A stretch of DNA of 64,000 nt from Histomonas meleagridis 2922-C6/04-290x (GCA_020184695.1 JAANOX010000130.1:62001-126000); one strand, 5' to 3'; shown: positions 33,275 through 45,228, counted from the stretch's first letter. Translations and numbers: made by a program. Notes: generated from the sequence alone by a model not told the origin.

Positions 33275-35431
33275 TCATTCAATTATCTTTCTATGATTTT
33301 CCAAATTTTGGATATCAGTTGCAACATTTTCATCTAATAATTTCACAACTTCTTCTTCTTCATCGACAGATATCAAACCTTTCTCGACTAAGAACATTAT
33401 CATTTTCATATATTGTTCATAAGTTCGATTAAACTTAGGGAACTGAATGAACTTTTTCATAAGCTCATACAATCTTTTCAATGTGATAATTTCTTTGATT
33501 CTGTTTTGTAAAATTGACACAACAAATCTGACAAACAACGCAGCGTCTCTGATGTAAGGATCCTCTTCTTCCTCTTCTTCGACCATTTCATCGTTGTTGT
33601 TATCAAATTCTTCTTCATATATGTTCTTGAACAAAGGCTTGGTTTCACTCATCATATATTCGTTGCCATCTTTCACAAATATATTATTAGAAACCCAAAA
33701 GTTTAATGCGCTTTCAGCTAACTTCCGTGTGACTTCAAGTTCTTTAATTACGATATCAGTCGTAATTTTATCATATTCGTTCATTAACAAAATTACACTT
33801 GCATACAATGGTGAAACATTAATTTTAATTGTTTCATCCTCTTCAAATTCCAACTCTAGTTCAACAGTACCAACAGTATTATGCCATTTAAGTTTTCGTG
33901 GATGCTTTAAATGTTCAAACTCTTCAGTGTATCGATGGATTTCTTCTGATATTTCATTCGGAAGTTTTAATGATTCATTTGGTATCGGAGGCCAATACAT
34001 GTGCGATATGATAAGTGGTTGGACATTGTCACAATCAAATGTTATAGCAAGGTGTTTCGAGTCTGCAACATCTTTCAGTATCACTTCACATTTCATGAAG
34101 CTTTGACTTCCGAAGCGTTTCTTCAGGAGTTCAATAGCTCGAACTTCATTGTCGAATCTAAACCCTGCGGAGGTCTCAATTCGACGCGAAAGTTCTTTCT
34201 CGAGTTGTGTTATAAATGATGAGACTGATCCGTAAACATGGAGAAGTAAGGCAAGCGCATCAGAATCAGATGCGCCATGAATAAGTGATTCCGGATCTTT
34301 GATGTGTGAGTGTAATGGTTCTGGATTCCATGAGAGATCTAAATCTTTTTGTGCATTAGCTTCTCGAATAACATCGTCGTCATTAGGCTTTTGAGCTGAG
34401 ATATCTGAGGCTACAAGTGTGTCGTCTTCAAGAATTCGATTGACAATTGTATCTAATAGATCATTTCGTGTTGTTAAATATTGTTGAATAGGTGGCGAAA
34501 CTGCACGTGTTAAACCACCGCTTTCATCAACAATGTTTAACGCTTGGATGGCACTAATGTATTGTGTAACAATGTCAGATGTAGAAGCACCTAAATGAAG
34601 TAAACGGGTGATAAATATTTTAACGGTCGTTTCGGCGACCGTTTTGAACGCGGACGTTTGTGAACAGCACTTTTTAAGATCAATTAAAGCGGGTTCAGAA
34701 TCTGGATACAATGTAACAATATCAAAGATTTGATTGGAGCGAAGGGAAATGACCTTCTTATATATGGATTGTTTTAAATGTCTTTTTTCTTTTATTATAT
34801 CAGGAAATCGGTTTTGATATTTTTTAATTAAATTTGAAAGTGCTTCAAGTGACGCTGCTAAAGCTGATTCTTCATAATTATCAGAAAATTTATCAACGAC
34901 TGTGAGACATTCATTTTTGATGTGCTTAACAATTAATGAACGAAATTGTGGAATCAAACCACAAAATGTGAAAGCATCATAAATTTCTTGATTCAAAGAT
35001 ATATCATTGTTGTTAAAAAACTTAAAGTCATTGATTCCATTTTCAAAATTGATGAGAAGAAGTGAGAGAAGAAGAGATTGAATTTCATTATCTAAATCTG
35101 GATTAAATAAAACAACTGCTGTTTTAAACTCATGAAGGTTATTCATAAGCTTGATTGCAATTTGAGTTATGCTTTGTCCTGGATTTGAATTAATGAGATT
35201 TGTTGAAAATCTTCGGATAGATGTGAGAATTAACTTACAAACCAGATTAAAATTTTCTTCAGTAATATGGCCAATTACGTTTTGCTGAAATAGATTTGTA
35301 TCAAGTTTAAGAATTGGATCAACAAAAGAGAGCATTGGAAATATTAAACGTTCTTTATTTTCACAGTGTTTGTTTGGATATTTGAGGCTAAAACAATCGT
35401 TACAAAAAAAAGAATCATTTTTTGAAAACAA
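33275..35431 (-). CDS. APC2: Anaphase-promoting complex subunit 2 (cullin-homology)
   Basis: WNPEP, LLLHVYGS...LSRRI, CEVILKDVADSK, IISHMYWP, RKLKWHNTVGTVELEL. Confidence 0.9.
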   Translation of the reverse strand: MFSKNDSFFCNDCFSLKYPNKHCENKERLIFPMLSFVDPILKLDTNLFQQNVIGHITEENFNLVCKLILTSIRRFSTNLINSNPGQSITQIAIKLMNNLHEFKTAVVLFNPDLDNEIQSLLLSLLLINFENGINDFKFFNNNDISLNQEIYDAFTFCGLIPQFRSLIVKHIKNECLTVVDKFSDNYEESALAASLEALSNLIKKYQNRFPDIIKEKRHLKQSIYKKVISLRSNQIFDIVTLYPDSEPALIDLKKCCSQTSAFKTVAETTVKIFITRLLHLGASTSDIVTQYISAIQALNIVDESGGLTRAVSPPIQQYLTTRNDLLDTIVNRILEDDTLVASDISAQKPNDDDVIREANAQKDLDLSWNPEPLHSHIKDPESLIHGASDSDALALLLHVYGSVSSFITQLEKELSRRIETSAGFRFDNEVRAIELLKKRFGSQSFMKCEVILKDVADSKHLAITFDCDNVQPLIISHMYWPPIPNESLKLPNEISEEIHRYTEEFEHLKHPRKLKWHNTVGTVELELEFEEDETIKINVSPLYASVILLMNEYDKITTDIVIKELEVTRKLAESALNFWVSNNIFVKDGNEYMMSETKPLFKNIYEEEFDNNNDEMVEEEEEEDPYIRDAALFVRFVVSILQNRIKEIITLKRLYELMKKFIQFPKFNRTYEQYMKMIMFLVEKGLISVDEEEEVVKLLDENVATDIQNLENHRKIIE

Positions 35432-35447
35432 TTTAATTACAAATATA

Positions 35448-35987
35448 TTACGCTCCCCAATAAAATGTTCTACATGAAGACCTGGTTCTTGTGGTTATTT
35501 CAGGTGGAAGAACCCGAGAACATACATATGGTTTTTTAGGTTGTTGATTTAGATCTGGCTGTGATGACAAAAAAGAGCTTCTTTGGCTAATTATATCTTC
35601 AATAACATGGTTGTCTTTAGAACTTCTGTTCACTTTAATTCTTTCTTTCTCTTTCTTTCTTTTCCATTTTCCATAACGAATTTTATCTTCCCATTGCTTT
35701 TCTGCTTGTTTAATTGCTTCTTGGCGTTTGATTTCGTATTTAACTTCAAATGCTCTTCTTCTACCAGAGTAAATATCATCACTTGTTGGTGCCTTTTTTG
35801 TCTCATTTTGTCTGGTTAACTTTGGTGCTGTTTTTGGTCTGCGTGGGGTTTGAAAATGATTATTATTGATATTTGGAGAAAATGATTCCAATCTGATAGG
35901 TGTCTGTAAAAAGTTTGCTAAGTCTGTTTCGAATTGATCTGAAGTATTTAAATTACGTCTCGCAGATAAAGGATATTTTTTTTTCAT
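35448..35987 (-). CDS. Small basic hypothetical protein
   Basis: 179-aa ATG-initiated ORF between two genes, with a short coiled coil. Confidence 0.6.
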   Translation of the reverse strand: MKKKYPLSARRNLNTSDQFETDLANFLQTPIRLESFSPNINNNHFQTPRRPKTAPKLTRQNETKKAPTSDDIYSGRRRAFEVKYEIKRQEAIKQAEKQWEDKIRYGKWKRKKEKERIKVNRSSKDNHVIEDIISQRSSFLSSQPDLNQQPKKPYVCSRVLPPEITTRTRSSCRTFYWGA

Positions 35988-36362
35988 GATTTAGAGAGAA
36001 ATGTGTTTTAACGGATTAAAAAGAAATTTAAACGGTCAATAAAAAATAATGTTTTTTGAAAACATCATAATATTTAATTCATAAATGGAAATGGTTTTCT
36101 TTAGTGTTATGCTAATAGATTTGTTAATAAAACCATAGAACTTGCCAACGCATTCTAAAATTTAGTGATTGAAATTTGTCGACAAATGCAATTTTTATTA
36201 GCTTAGGAAAAATAACACATAGAAACAGCGCATGATTATTAAGTCAATGATATATGGCTGGAATTAATAAAAATTCATATGAATTAAATTTGTACTTGAA
36301 AACTTGCCATTTCATGAAATTTCTTTTTTGACAAAACCGATAATGTTTTTCAAAAGTTTATT

Positions 36363-37622
36363 TTGTACTTTTTCGATCAAATGTTTCGATTTCGCCCTCC
36401 TGAAAATGATAACTTATTTGAATTTGTAGGAAAGTTAGAACTACCCACAAAAGATGAACAAAATAAAATCACAATAATTTTCCCTTCAGATGGACAAGAG
36501 TACGAAGATTTCAATGATTCCATATTAAATTTAGTGTTTCCTCTACCAAATAATGTATTTATCAAAAAGGGCGACAAAACATGGATTAACCTCCTTGAGA
36601 ATCAAGTTATAAATGATCTTCCACAAACTTTATTTATTTACATTCATTATCATTTCAATGAATCAGTGTTAGAAGCATATTTTCTTGTCTCAAAATATCT
36701 TCATCCCAAGCTTCTGACTAAACTTGTTGAATTAGCACCAACTGAGAATGCAAATAATATTTTTTCACAATATCGTAATATTCCATTCAAAGCAACACCA
36801 TATGATGTTGTTTGTGAAAATTGTCCCGAACCTGTAATCCAAAAGCAAGGATTTTCTGGGCAATGCGAAACCACATATTTCCTTAATTTTTTCCTATCCA
36901 ATTACCCACCCTTTTACATCTGTATCTTTATTTACTTCCTTTTCTTGAAGCAAAAAGTTGCTATTGTTTCTTCTTCATTTGAACTCGCATCAAAAACCGT
37001 TCTATCGATTTTAACGTTCCTCTATCCGATAGAGCTATCGTGCGTTGGGATACCCCTTCTCAGCCTCAAAGACTTAAGTCCACTCCAAACTAAAGATCCC
37101 ATTGTTATTGGAATCCATTCTTCAGCACTTCTCCAATTATACTCCGATAATGCCTTCAAGGATTTTATTATTTTCAATGCTGATGATCCATACATTTTTT
37201 CAAGGGCAAGTAACAAACATCTCTTCACAAGCAAAATAACTGAATTGATCACTACCTTCCACGACAATGTTACCTCTCTCTGCATAGCCCAAAAACCAAT
37301 TTTTCCTGGAATCTTCATTTTGAAAGAGATTGACATATTTGTTGTCAATATGCTAAAAGAAGTTTGTAACGCAACTCAGACAGATTACGAAAGCATTAAG
37401 TACGATTGGAACAAAGGTGTAAATCTGTTTTGTAAATCTGATGTAATGAAATCATTAATCGATCAAGCAAGCGAAACAAGCGCAAATAGAGAAGCAAGAA
37501 ATGCGTTTTGGCCCGAGAGCGACGAGTACGGAAGGAACTACAAAAACGTGCGAAGAGTACCAAATCCGCCGAAAACGAAATACGAAATCACATCAAAGAA
37601 GAAGAAAGACAAGAAAAAGTAA
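36363..37622 (+). CDS. DENN-domain protein (Rab GEF-like)
   Basis: cDENN-like KVAIVSSSFELASKTVLSILTFLYP...IPLL...PIVIGI. First ATG 36381. Confidence 0.75.
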   Translation: MYFFDQMFRFRPPENDNLFEFVGKLELPTKDEQNKITIIFPSDGQEYEDFNDSILNLVFPLPNNVFIKKGDKTWINLLENQVINDLPQTLFIYIHYHFNESVLEAYFLVSKYLHPKLLTKLVELAPTENANNIFSQYRNIPFKATPYDVVCENCPEPVIQKQGFSGQCETTYFLNFFLSNYPPFYICIFIYFLFLKQKVAIVSSSFELASKTVLSILTFLYPIELSCVGIPLLSLKDLSPLQTKDPIVIGIHSSALLQLYSDNAFKDFIIFNADDPYIFSRASNKHLFTSKITELITTFHDNVTSLCIAQKPIFPGIFILKEIDIFVVNMLKEVCNATQTDYESIKYDWNKGVNLFCKSDVMKSLIDQASETSANREARNAFWPESDEYGRNYKNVRRVPNPPKTKYEITSKKKKDKKK

Positions 37623-38310
37623 AATGTTTGAACTGATTTTGGTGTGCACACACAATAAATAAATAATAATTCAAGCGTAAGTTCTGTATTTGAAATTGAG
37701 GTTATTTTTGAACAATACCTGATAAGTTATGTTACAATGTGTTTTTACAGTTAATAAAAGTAAATTTGAAATATCAAACATTTGAAATTTTTAGTTATTA
37801 TATTAAATTGTATCATTTTTTCATCTATAAATTAAATTAATGAAGGCGTTGCTAGAATTTGTGTTTTATGTAAAAGTGTTGGCGAATATGTGAATGCATT
37901 TGATTTCAAATTTAATTTTGAATTATTTCTTAAATCAAAATTTAATCGACTCCAATTACTAAAACAATAACCTCATATTTAACAAAATTCGATTCAATAA
38001 TGTACATGATGAAATTGCCAATAGATTCAATGTTTTCATCAAATATAACGTTGATCAAATTTGAAAAAAAGAAAATGCATAATTTCCAATTGAAACATCA
38101 TTTGAAACATTTACTTCAATGAGTGAATTCCACTATGTAATATTCATTATTTTCGATTTTTCTTAAGTTTTGAGAAATACAAAAACATTTGATAGATTTT
38201 TTGAATTGTATTATTTTTATATTGATCAGTTACCTAAGAAATATTTCTTGTTATCATTTAGCTGTATTCGACAAGAATATTAAATAATTGATACAAAAGT
38301 GGCAATTTAA

Positions 38311-39755
38311 ATGGAATATCAAATAAAAAGCGAAATTCATGAAAACGAATGGGAAACATTAATATATATTAAGAATTTAATTTTTAGTTTAAACAAAGAA
38401 AATATTATTCAGTCTTCAAAATCAATCATAAGTAAATATTTATCCATTCTCTTTTAATTTAATTATTGTTAGGATTACATATGCAACTACTATCATACGA
38501 ATGAAAGATGTTGATTTATATTTGGATTTTCTTAAAGAAATCAAAAAACTAGAAACAAGCATTCAGAAAGATATTGATATTTTTGATTTATATGGAAATT
38601 TTCTTGTTTGTAAAAATACACAAGAATCATATTATCTTCTTGCGAAAATGATTGAAGATAATATACTCGATAAAAAAAGCATTAAAAACATAAAACACCC
38701 ATTTACTTCTAAAGGATATTTTATACAGTACATGCCAAATGAAACAATTAAAGAATTAAGGGATCATAAATTTGCTGAATATAAAGAATTATGAAGAACT
38801 TAAAAAGAATGATTGGGAACTTCATAAGAAATTAATTAATGAAGGGCATAGTCCAAACGAAATTGCTGTAATAATTCGGAATGATGAAATAGAAAAACTT
38901 CAAGAAATATCATCAAACAAATTTTGATTTTAATCAATTTATTATGCCATCACTTTATGAAAGATGTGATTTTGTTAATCAAGAAAATGTTACATTAATT
39001 GATTATGCAGCATTTTTTTCTTCGATTAAATGTTTTAGATATTTACTTATGAATGGCTCTAACATAAATAATACAGGTAAATATGCAATTGCAGGTGGGA
39101 ATGAAGAAATCATTCATTTATGTGAACAGAATCATTCAACATTTGAAGGTGCATATGAAGCTTCAATAGAATTTCATCGAAATGATATCTTTAAATATCT
39201 TTATGAAAACAAATTAGAAGAAATACGACCAAAGTCAATGCTTCAAACGCCTGGAGATAGAACTAATCATTTGGTAAGTTTCTGTATTCAAAAAGATAAT
39301 TATGAAATTCTAAAATATTTTGAAGAAAAAGGAATTAATGTTGATGTTGATAATATAAATGAATCAGCAAGAAATGGAAATTTATATCTCGTGAAGTATT
39401 TCCTTCAAAATAATCAAATTCCAAAAAATATTTTGCCATTTGCTTCAGAATCAGGAAATATTGAACTTGTGAAATATGTTTTAGAACAAAAAGGAATTGA
39501 TGTTAATGAAAAACATATTCATTTTAATAATTTTGGATTTATTTTAATAATTTTATATATGTTTTAATAAATTGGAATATGTTTTAATAATTTTATATAT
39601 GTTTTAATAATTTAGAATATGTTTTAATAATTTGGAATATGTTTTAATAATATTTGACTGCAATTCAAATTGCACAACAAAAAGGTTTTAAAGAAATTGT
39701 AAATTTACTATTTGAAAAAAGTACAAATAAAAATTCTGATTGTCTTCTTCTATAA
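38311..39755 (+). pseudogene. DUF3447/ankyrin paralogue with about 3 frameshifts in the N-terminal domain and one expanded spacer array; ends in CLLL*
   Basis: Family motifs are spread over several frames (breaks near 38440, 38790, 38920). The final ankyrin TAIQIAQQKG...NSDCLLL* at 39657-39755 is out of frame unless the spacers are removed. The indels could be assembly errors. Confidence 0.7.
39517..39656 (+). repeat. 7 x 20-nt units (17-nt spacer, mostly ATATGTTTTAATAATTT, + variable triplet)
   Basis: Triplets tgg, tat, gga, tat, aga, gga, ttg, then act gca att. Confidence 0.95.
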
Positions 39756-40069
39756 ACATCAAATATTCATTTTCAATAAGAAATGATAATGGTAATGAAG
39801 CATATATTGCTAATAATCAAATCAACTCGAAGATCAAATTTTCTCAGGAAATAATAGAAAGAAAAGTATCAAAACAAAAGTTAATATAAACATTCAAACA
39901 TATGAAAATCATCAAAATTACATATACATAATAATATTTTTACATATTATCAAATATATTCACAAAGCTGAATTCATGGAAATATAAAAATACAACAATA
40001 TTTTTTCAATTACATTATAAGAAAAACTTCAACAAAAAATTGTTGATAACAACATAACAAAGATCAGTA

Positions 40070-41351
40070 TAGGGGGGGGGGGGACGGAAATGTTTTATCC
40101 TAAATATATCGGAATAAAAGATTTTAATTATTTTTTTTAAATTTACTTATTGTAGTAGTTACCTTTGTTCTTTATCACCCATTGACATCTTTCAATCCAT
40201 TCTTCAAAAACTTTTGCTAAAGTATCCTTTGAAATTTCCAAAATTTCAGTTATTTTATCGTGCAATTGTCGAAAATCATCAAATTTTTCTCCTTCTAGTT
40301 GATTTTTTAAAAAATCAAATAAAAAGAAATCTGAAGTAGCAAGATCTGTGAATATGATGGCTGTGGAGCTCTTTTAAAACCATTATCAACCAATAATTTA
40401 GTTGAAGCATTCGAGGTATGGGGAGATGCATTATCGAAATGTAATACATATGGGTCTTCATTGGGTTTTTTTTTTTTTGTGGGTATACAATTTGCTTCAA
40501 GGGTTTAATTATATTATTAATAAAATACTTTGAGTTAAATTTTTCACCATCTTTCATTAGATCAACTATAATAAATTGATCAATATTCCAAAAAATGATT
40601 ACCATATATTTTATCGTGTCAATTTTTGTATCGATAATTTCAGGTAAATTATCTCTCGATAGTGACCACATATGCTTGTGATCAAATGATAAGAAAAACC
40701 ATGATTCATCCCCAGTTATGATTCTATGGAAACCTTTTCCCTTGCTAATTTTTAAAATATCAACAAGCTAAGTTGCTTTTCGCACTCTATCATATTTCAT
40801 TTCACATGACAGTTCATATGGATCAATCCTTAAATTATGATAATGGAAGCCGAATTTATTAAGGTGATCATTTATGGTGGATCGTGGTATAGACAAGGTA
40901 TCGCTTAATGTATATGTTGAATGAAATGGTTCCATTTCGAGTGCAGCTAAAATTATTGAATCAATGAAATCAAGTACAGGTCTTCCTGGACTTTGAATAT
41001 TCGTTATTCCAGATCTCCCTAATTTAAATTGATGCACCCAATATTTTATGGTATTAATATTGAGTGCATCTTGGTGATAAACATCATCTAATTCTTGTTT
41101 AATTTGGCTGAGTTTAAAGCCTTTTCTTTTCAGGAAAAATATGACTGCTCTTTGTTCGACTTCCATAAAAATGATAAATGTTTAAAAAGATTGACAATAT
41201 GAAAGTTTATTTTTGACATTTTCTTGATATATAAAATATTTCTGATCTCAAAAATTATATCATTATTTTTACAATCTTTTATATTTTTATATATATAATT
41301 TTTATTAAAAAAAATAAAACTATCATATTTATAAAACATTTATCTACCCTA
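40070..41351 (-). mobile_element. Mariner (Tc1/mariner, DD34D-type) DNA transposon, about 1.28 kb, defective
   Basis: Imperfect TIRs TAGGG...AAATGTTTTAT at both ends (the left one contains a poly-G run), TA flanking both sides (40068-69, 41352-53), with a transposase inside. Confidence 0.85.
40143..41166 (-). pseudogene. Mariner transposase pseudogene
   Basis: HTH N-terminus (EQRAVIFFL...KYWVHQFKLGR...PGRP), ITGDESWF, LHFDNASPH and YS-DLATSDFFLF; in-frame TAG at 40768-40770 plus two frameshifts. Confidence 0.9.
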
Positions 41352-42109
41352 TAGTAAGCACATAAAATAGACATACTATTCGTTTACTAAAATCGCTATT
41401 GAGGATATTGCGTGAAATAATAATATGGGCCTTGAAAAGGATGTAAATAAAATGATTAAGGAAGTAGCAAAACGATGACATAGTATGTGCGATATGGTTT
41501 GATTGTTATTATATCATCGAAAAACGAAGTTGTCAGTACAACAAGAAAAGAATACGCATAAATTCATGACTTTGTAGTATAAATTCATATTGTACACATG
41601 TATATATTTTAATTTTTATAAATTTTACCATAGATTTTTTTGAATAACACGATATATTATACGATATAAAATGTCTTAATATTTAATAATGAAATTATTA
41701 AAAAATTTTTACAATAATTGTTATCAAAAATATGGTAAAACAATATATAGAACTTAATTGAATGATTATCATTCAAAAAATTAAATTAAGGATATAATGA
41801 ATAAGTAATCAAGATATGGAAATCATATACATGTATTTCGGTTGTTTCATTATCAAGTTAATTATATAAATATAAATTTCTATTGTAGATATTTAACATT
41901 TAATTTATTTTTTAAAATAAATGCCATGAAAAATCCATAGAGTGACAACAAAATTATAGATAAATCACAAATTTTTATATAGTTTGTTAGCAAATAGAAA
42001 TTTTAACATATTTTCGGTACCAAAAACATGAATTAATTCATGTATTCTATTTAATTTACTTTTTATAAAACATATTATGAAAACCAAATAATTTACCCGA
42101 TGTATCTAT

Positions 42110-44551
42110 TTATTTAAAATAATCCTTTATCAACTTCTTAAATCTGTTTTCGATATATGTATGATAAGGCACTTGTCCTTGTTGAATCAATTTCAACAAT
42201 TGCTTTGACAACTTATGAATATTTATCACAGATCCCACAATATTAAAGAACTGAATCTTTTCATTATTTGGCAAGTTACATTCAGCTATTTCAGACAAAG
42301 CTGTTGCGAAAGGCAAATAATGCATCGGTGTCACTTTTTTCAGTTGACAAATGAATTCACTTTTGAACTTTTTGTTTGATATGAATTGTTTGAATGAAGG
42401 GTCGTTGAACGTTAACCACTTTGCGAATATATTCCAGGAAGTATAAGTAATACTTTCAGAGTCAGAAAGCATCAAATTCATCAGCTTACTAAAGTTATTT
42501 TCGTTAGTGAAAAAGAATGAGCAATCGAATTTCTCGCAGAACAAATTCAAACAATTCAAAGAAAGTTGTATTGTGTCATTATTCTTTGATATATTTAACA
42601 TGTTTTCGATCATCAAAAGTGTTCCAGTGAATGCATCATTTAAAGGTTCTCCCGAAATCACTTTCTCATTCATTTCTCGGTATAACAAATCGCAGAACGA
42701 ATAAAACAAAAGCAATTGTGGAATCGTCGACTTTTCGGGCGAAATTTTTGGAATTTGATATATTAAGAATGACAATTGTTCAATTGGTATATAATTCTTT
42801 GAGACTTGTAACTTCAAAATAGACGTCATGAAGTTTACCATTGGTATTTGCATACAATCGATTAACGCATGACATATCAAAACGTTGTTAAACATTTTAT
42901 ATATAATCATTGCATTATCAACGTCATATATCAAAAGTATTGATAACGTATGGAACATATTTAAGTCAGTTTCCGAGATTTTCTTGAACATGTGAAATAT
43001 CGTTTGGTTCTCCGTATTAAAGCGATTAAAAAACCCTTCTAAATAAGGAGACTTCGAATTTAATAACAACAAAAATAATGTGCCTAAGAACGTCGGATCT
43101 TTCTCTGCGACTTGTTGCATCCATGGAATGATGATTTCATGTAATTGTCCCAACAAATTCTTCAGAGCTTCTTTATGAGTAATGTCATCCATTTGTAATT
43201 GCTGTAATAAGTTGGAATATACTTTTGGTCGTTCTTGACAATAACTTTGTAATATGTTTGTTAAATGTTGTCGAACTAATGTGTGATAGAATAAGTCAAT
43301 GATTTGATCCTTGTTATTAGTTGTAATCGCTTCATAACGTGTGAACATTGGATCATAGATATTACTTTTGATGTTGGAAAACATTTGGATAAGTGTAACA
43401 ACTTTGTACATCGATTTGTTGTCTTTAAGTAATTGTTTCCATAAACGAATGTCATTAGAAAAGATATAGTTAATTAAGGACCATAAATAAAGAGCATTAC
43501 ATGCATAATGTTTCCGAACTAATGCATTAGTTTCGATTTCGTGAAGAATTAACTTAGAATTGAAATTCTTGTCTTTGAAGTCAAATAGTTGTTTGCCACT
43601 TGACTCAATGGCGCGTACTGAGTCTGAAATATGGCGTGAAACACAAGTGATATGGAACCTTTGACGAGTGGCAAAGCAGCCATATAGTTTTAATGACGCA
43701 ATGAAATCATCCGGATATACTGAAAATGAAATTCCGCGGTTACGACCAAGATTTTTCGTTTCCTTGTAGAAAAAGGTGGTCGGAAGCTTTATTGTGATGA
43801 ATAGTTGTTGATAAACATTTTGATGTGAGGGATCAGATGGACGATGTGGACGAGCTGAATGACGTCTATGTGTCTTACGTCGCTTGGAGTTACGATGTTT
43901 ACGATTGTATTGAACTGATACGGGCGCGGTCTCACCGGTGAATCTAAATATATCAGGAACAGAATGTCCTTGATTGTCATTGATTTCTAAGTCAATCACT
44001 TGCGGGAAATGATCTGGATGTTCTGGAATTGATCTGATGTTTTTGCAAATTTTTGTCCAATTTGTAACAGCAGTAAAATAAGAAGAATAACTATCATAAT
44101 TCTGAGGATCTGGTTCTGGGGGAATAGTGTAATATAGTGATTGGTGAGGTTTTGTGAAATGCTCTTTAACTGGTACTTTTTTCTTAAATCGACCTTCAAC
44201 TGGGAAAAAATTGCCTGATTTATATTCCCCACCTTGAAGTACTTGTTTTTCAAGTGAAAGTTGATTCTCGGGACCAAGGAAACCATGTGGAACTCGGTTA
44301 GGATATTTTGCATCAACGTACGGTGGAAAAGGTTTTGGAACAGAACCCCAAACTGGTAACGGAAGTGTTACTTTGCATGAAAACGTTATAGCTTTTTCTT
44401 GCCATTCGAGAATTGCATTTTTATAATCTTCGAATGTATCAAAATCTTGGGGAATAGGGAACTTGAGGTCGACTTTGGGAGTTCCGATGTTTAATGGATT
44501 GTACATTATGTCATAACATCTGCTATATTTTGTATACAAATCGGATTCCAT
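42110..44551 (-). CDS. Large hypothetical protein: Pro-rich N-terminus with duplicated F/Y-x-x-Y-x-x-A-x-x-x-W motif, helical (ARM-like) C-terminus
   Basis: 813-aa ORF. Confidence 0.8.
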   Translation of the reverse strand: MESDLYTKYSRCYDIMYNPLNIGTPKVDLKFPIPQDFDTFEDYKNAILEWQEKAITFSCKVTLPLPVWGSVPKPFPPYVDAKYPNRVPHGFLGPENQLSLEKQVLQGGEYKSGNFFPVEGRFKKKVPVKEHFTKPHQSLYYTIPPEPDPQNYDSYSSYFTAVTNWTKICKNIRSIPEHPDHFPQVIDLEINDNQGHSVPDIFRFTGETAPVSVQYNRKHRNSKRRKTHRRHSARPHRPSDPSHQNVYQQLFITIKLPTTFFYKETKNLGRNRGISFSVYPDDFIASLKLYGCFATRQRFHITCVSRHISDSVRAIESSGKQLFDFKDKNFNSKLILHEIETNALVRKHYACNALYLWSLINYIFSNDIRLWKQLLKDNKSMYKVVTLIQMFSNIKSNIYDPMFTRYEAITTNNKDQIIDLFYHTLVRQHLTNILQSYCQERPKVYSNLLQQLQMDDITHKEALKNLLGQLHEIIIPWMQQVAEKDPTFLGTLFLLLLNSKSPYLEGFFNRFNTENQTIFHMFKKISETDLNMFHTLSILLIYDVDNAMIIYKMFNNVLICHALIDCMQIPMVNFMTSILKLQVSKNYIPIEQLSFLIYQIPKISPEKSTIPQLLLFYSFCDLLYREMNEKVISGEPLNDAFTGTLLMIENMLNISKNNDTIQLSLNCLNLFCEKFDCSFFFTNENNFSKLMNLMLSDSESITYTSWNIFAKWLTFNDPSFKQFISNKKFKSEFICQLKKVTPMHYLPFATALSEIAECNLPNNEKIQFFNIVGSVINIHKLSKQLLKLIQQGQVPYHTYIENRFKKLIKDYFK

Positions 44552-45228
44552 CCTGCTTCCTAAAACCTTAACCTATGAATTTTCAGAGCTAAAACAATTT
44601 TCAGAAGATTACAAGAAAATAAAGTACGTTGAATAATTTTTGACGACTTTTGATAAATCTGGGATTTTTATTCTCAAATTTATCAGAATTGTAATATCTC
44701 ATATAATTTATTCTGTGCATCAAAATATTGATCATCTTATTAAAAAGTGATATGGTGATGTGGCGTATTCCAATGTCATTTTTGCATCGAAGTTATATTT
44801 TTATAAATTTATTTTGCATTTCAAGCTATACATTAAAAATTATTTAAATAATTGATTGCATAAAAATATCGTGTCAAAAATTTCATCAAATGCAAAATTT
44901 AATAAAATTACGAATAAAATGCTTCGAATATGTATTAATTTTATCTTAATTACTTCAACATGATGTCACATACTGAAATATATCATTATCCATCATATTT
45001 CACTAAAATTATGTTACCTCCATGTTGAAAACAATTAATCTCAAATTTTCAATTGAATATACAATATTGACTGTTGTAAAACGTGGTAGTTATTTTTGTT
45101 AACTTTATGGTTGGCCAACAACCGTTGGCCAGATGGTGTGAAGTGACCCATCCATTTTGTGCATTAAAGAACGGTTTGAAAAAATCTTGTAACATTCAAA
45201 TTAAACGGCTAATGGGGACGTTTAATCT

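Noticed and set aside
39517-39656. CRISPR array
   Set aside because: Eukaryotic context, 3-nt variable segments, no cas genes, and it lies inside a coding region.
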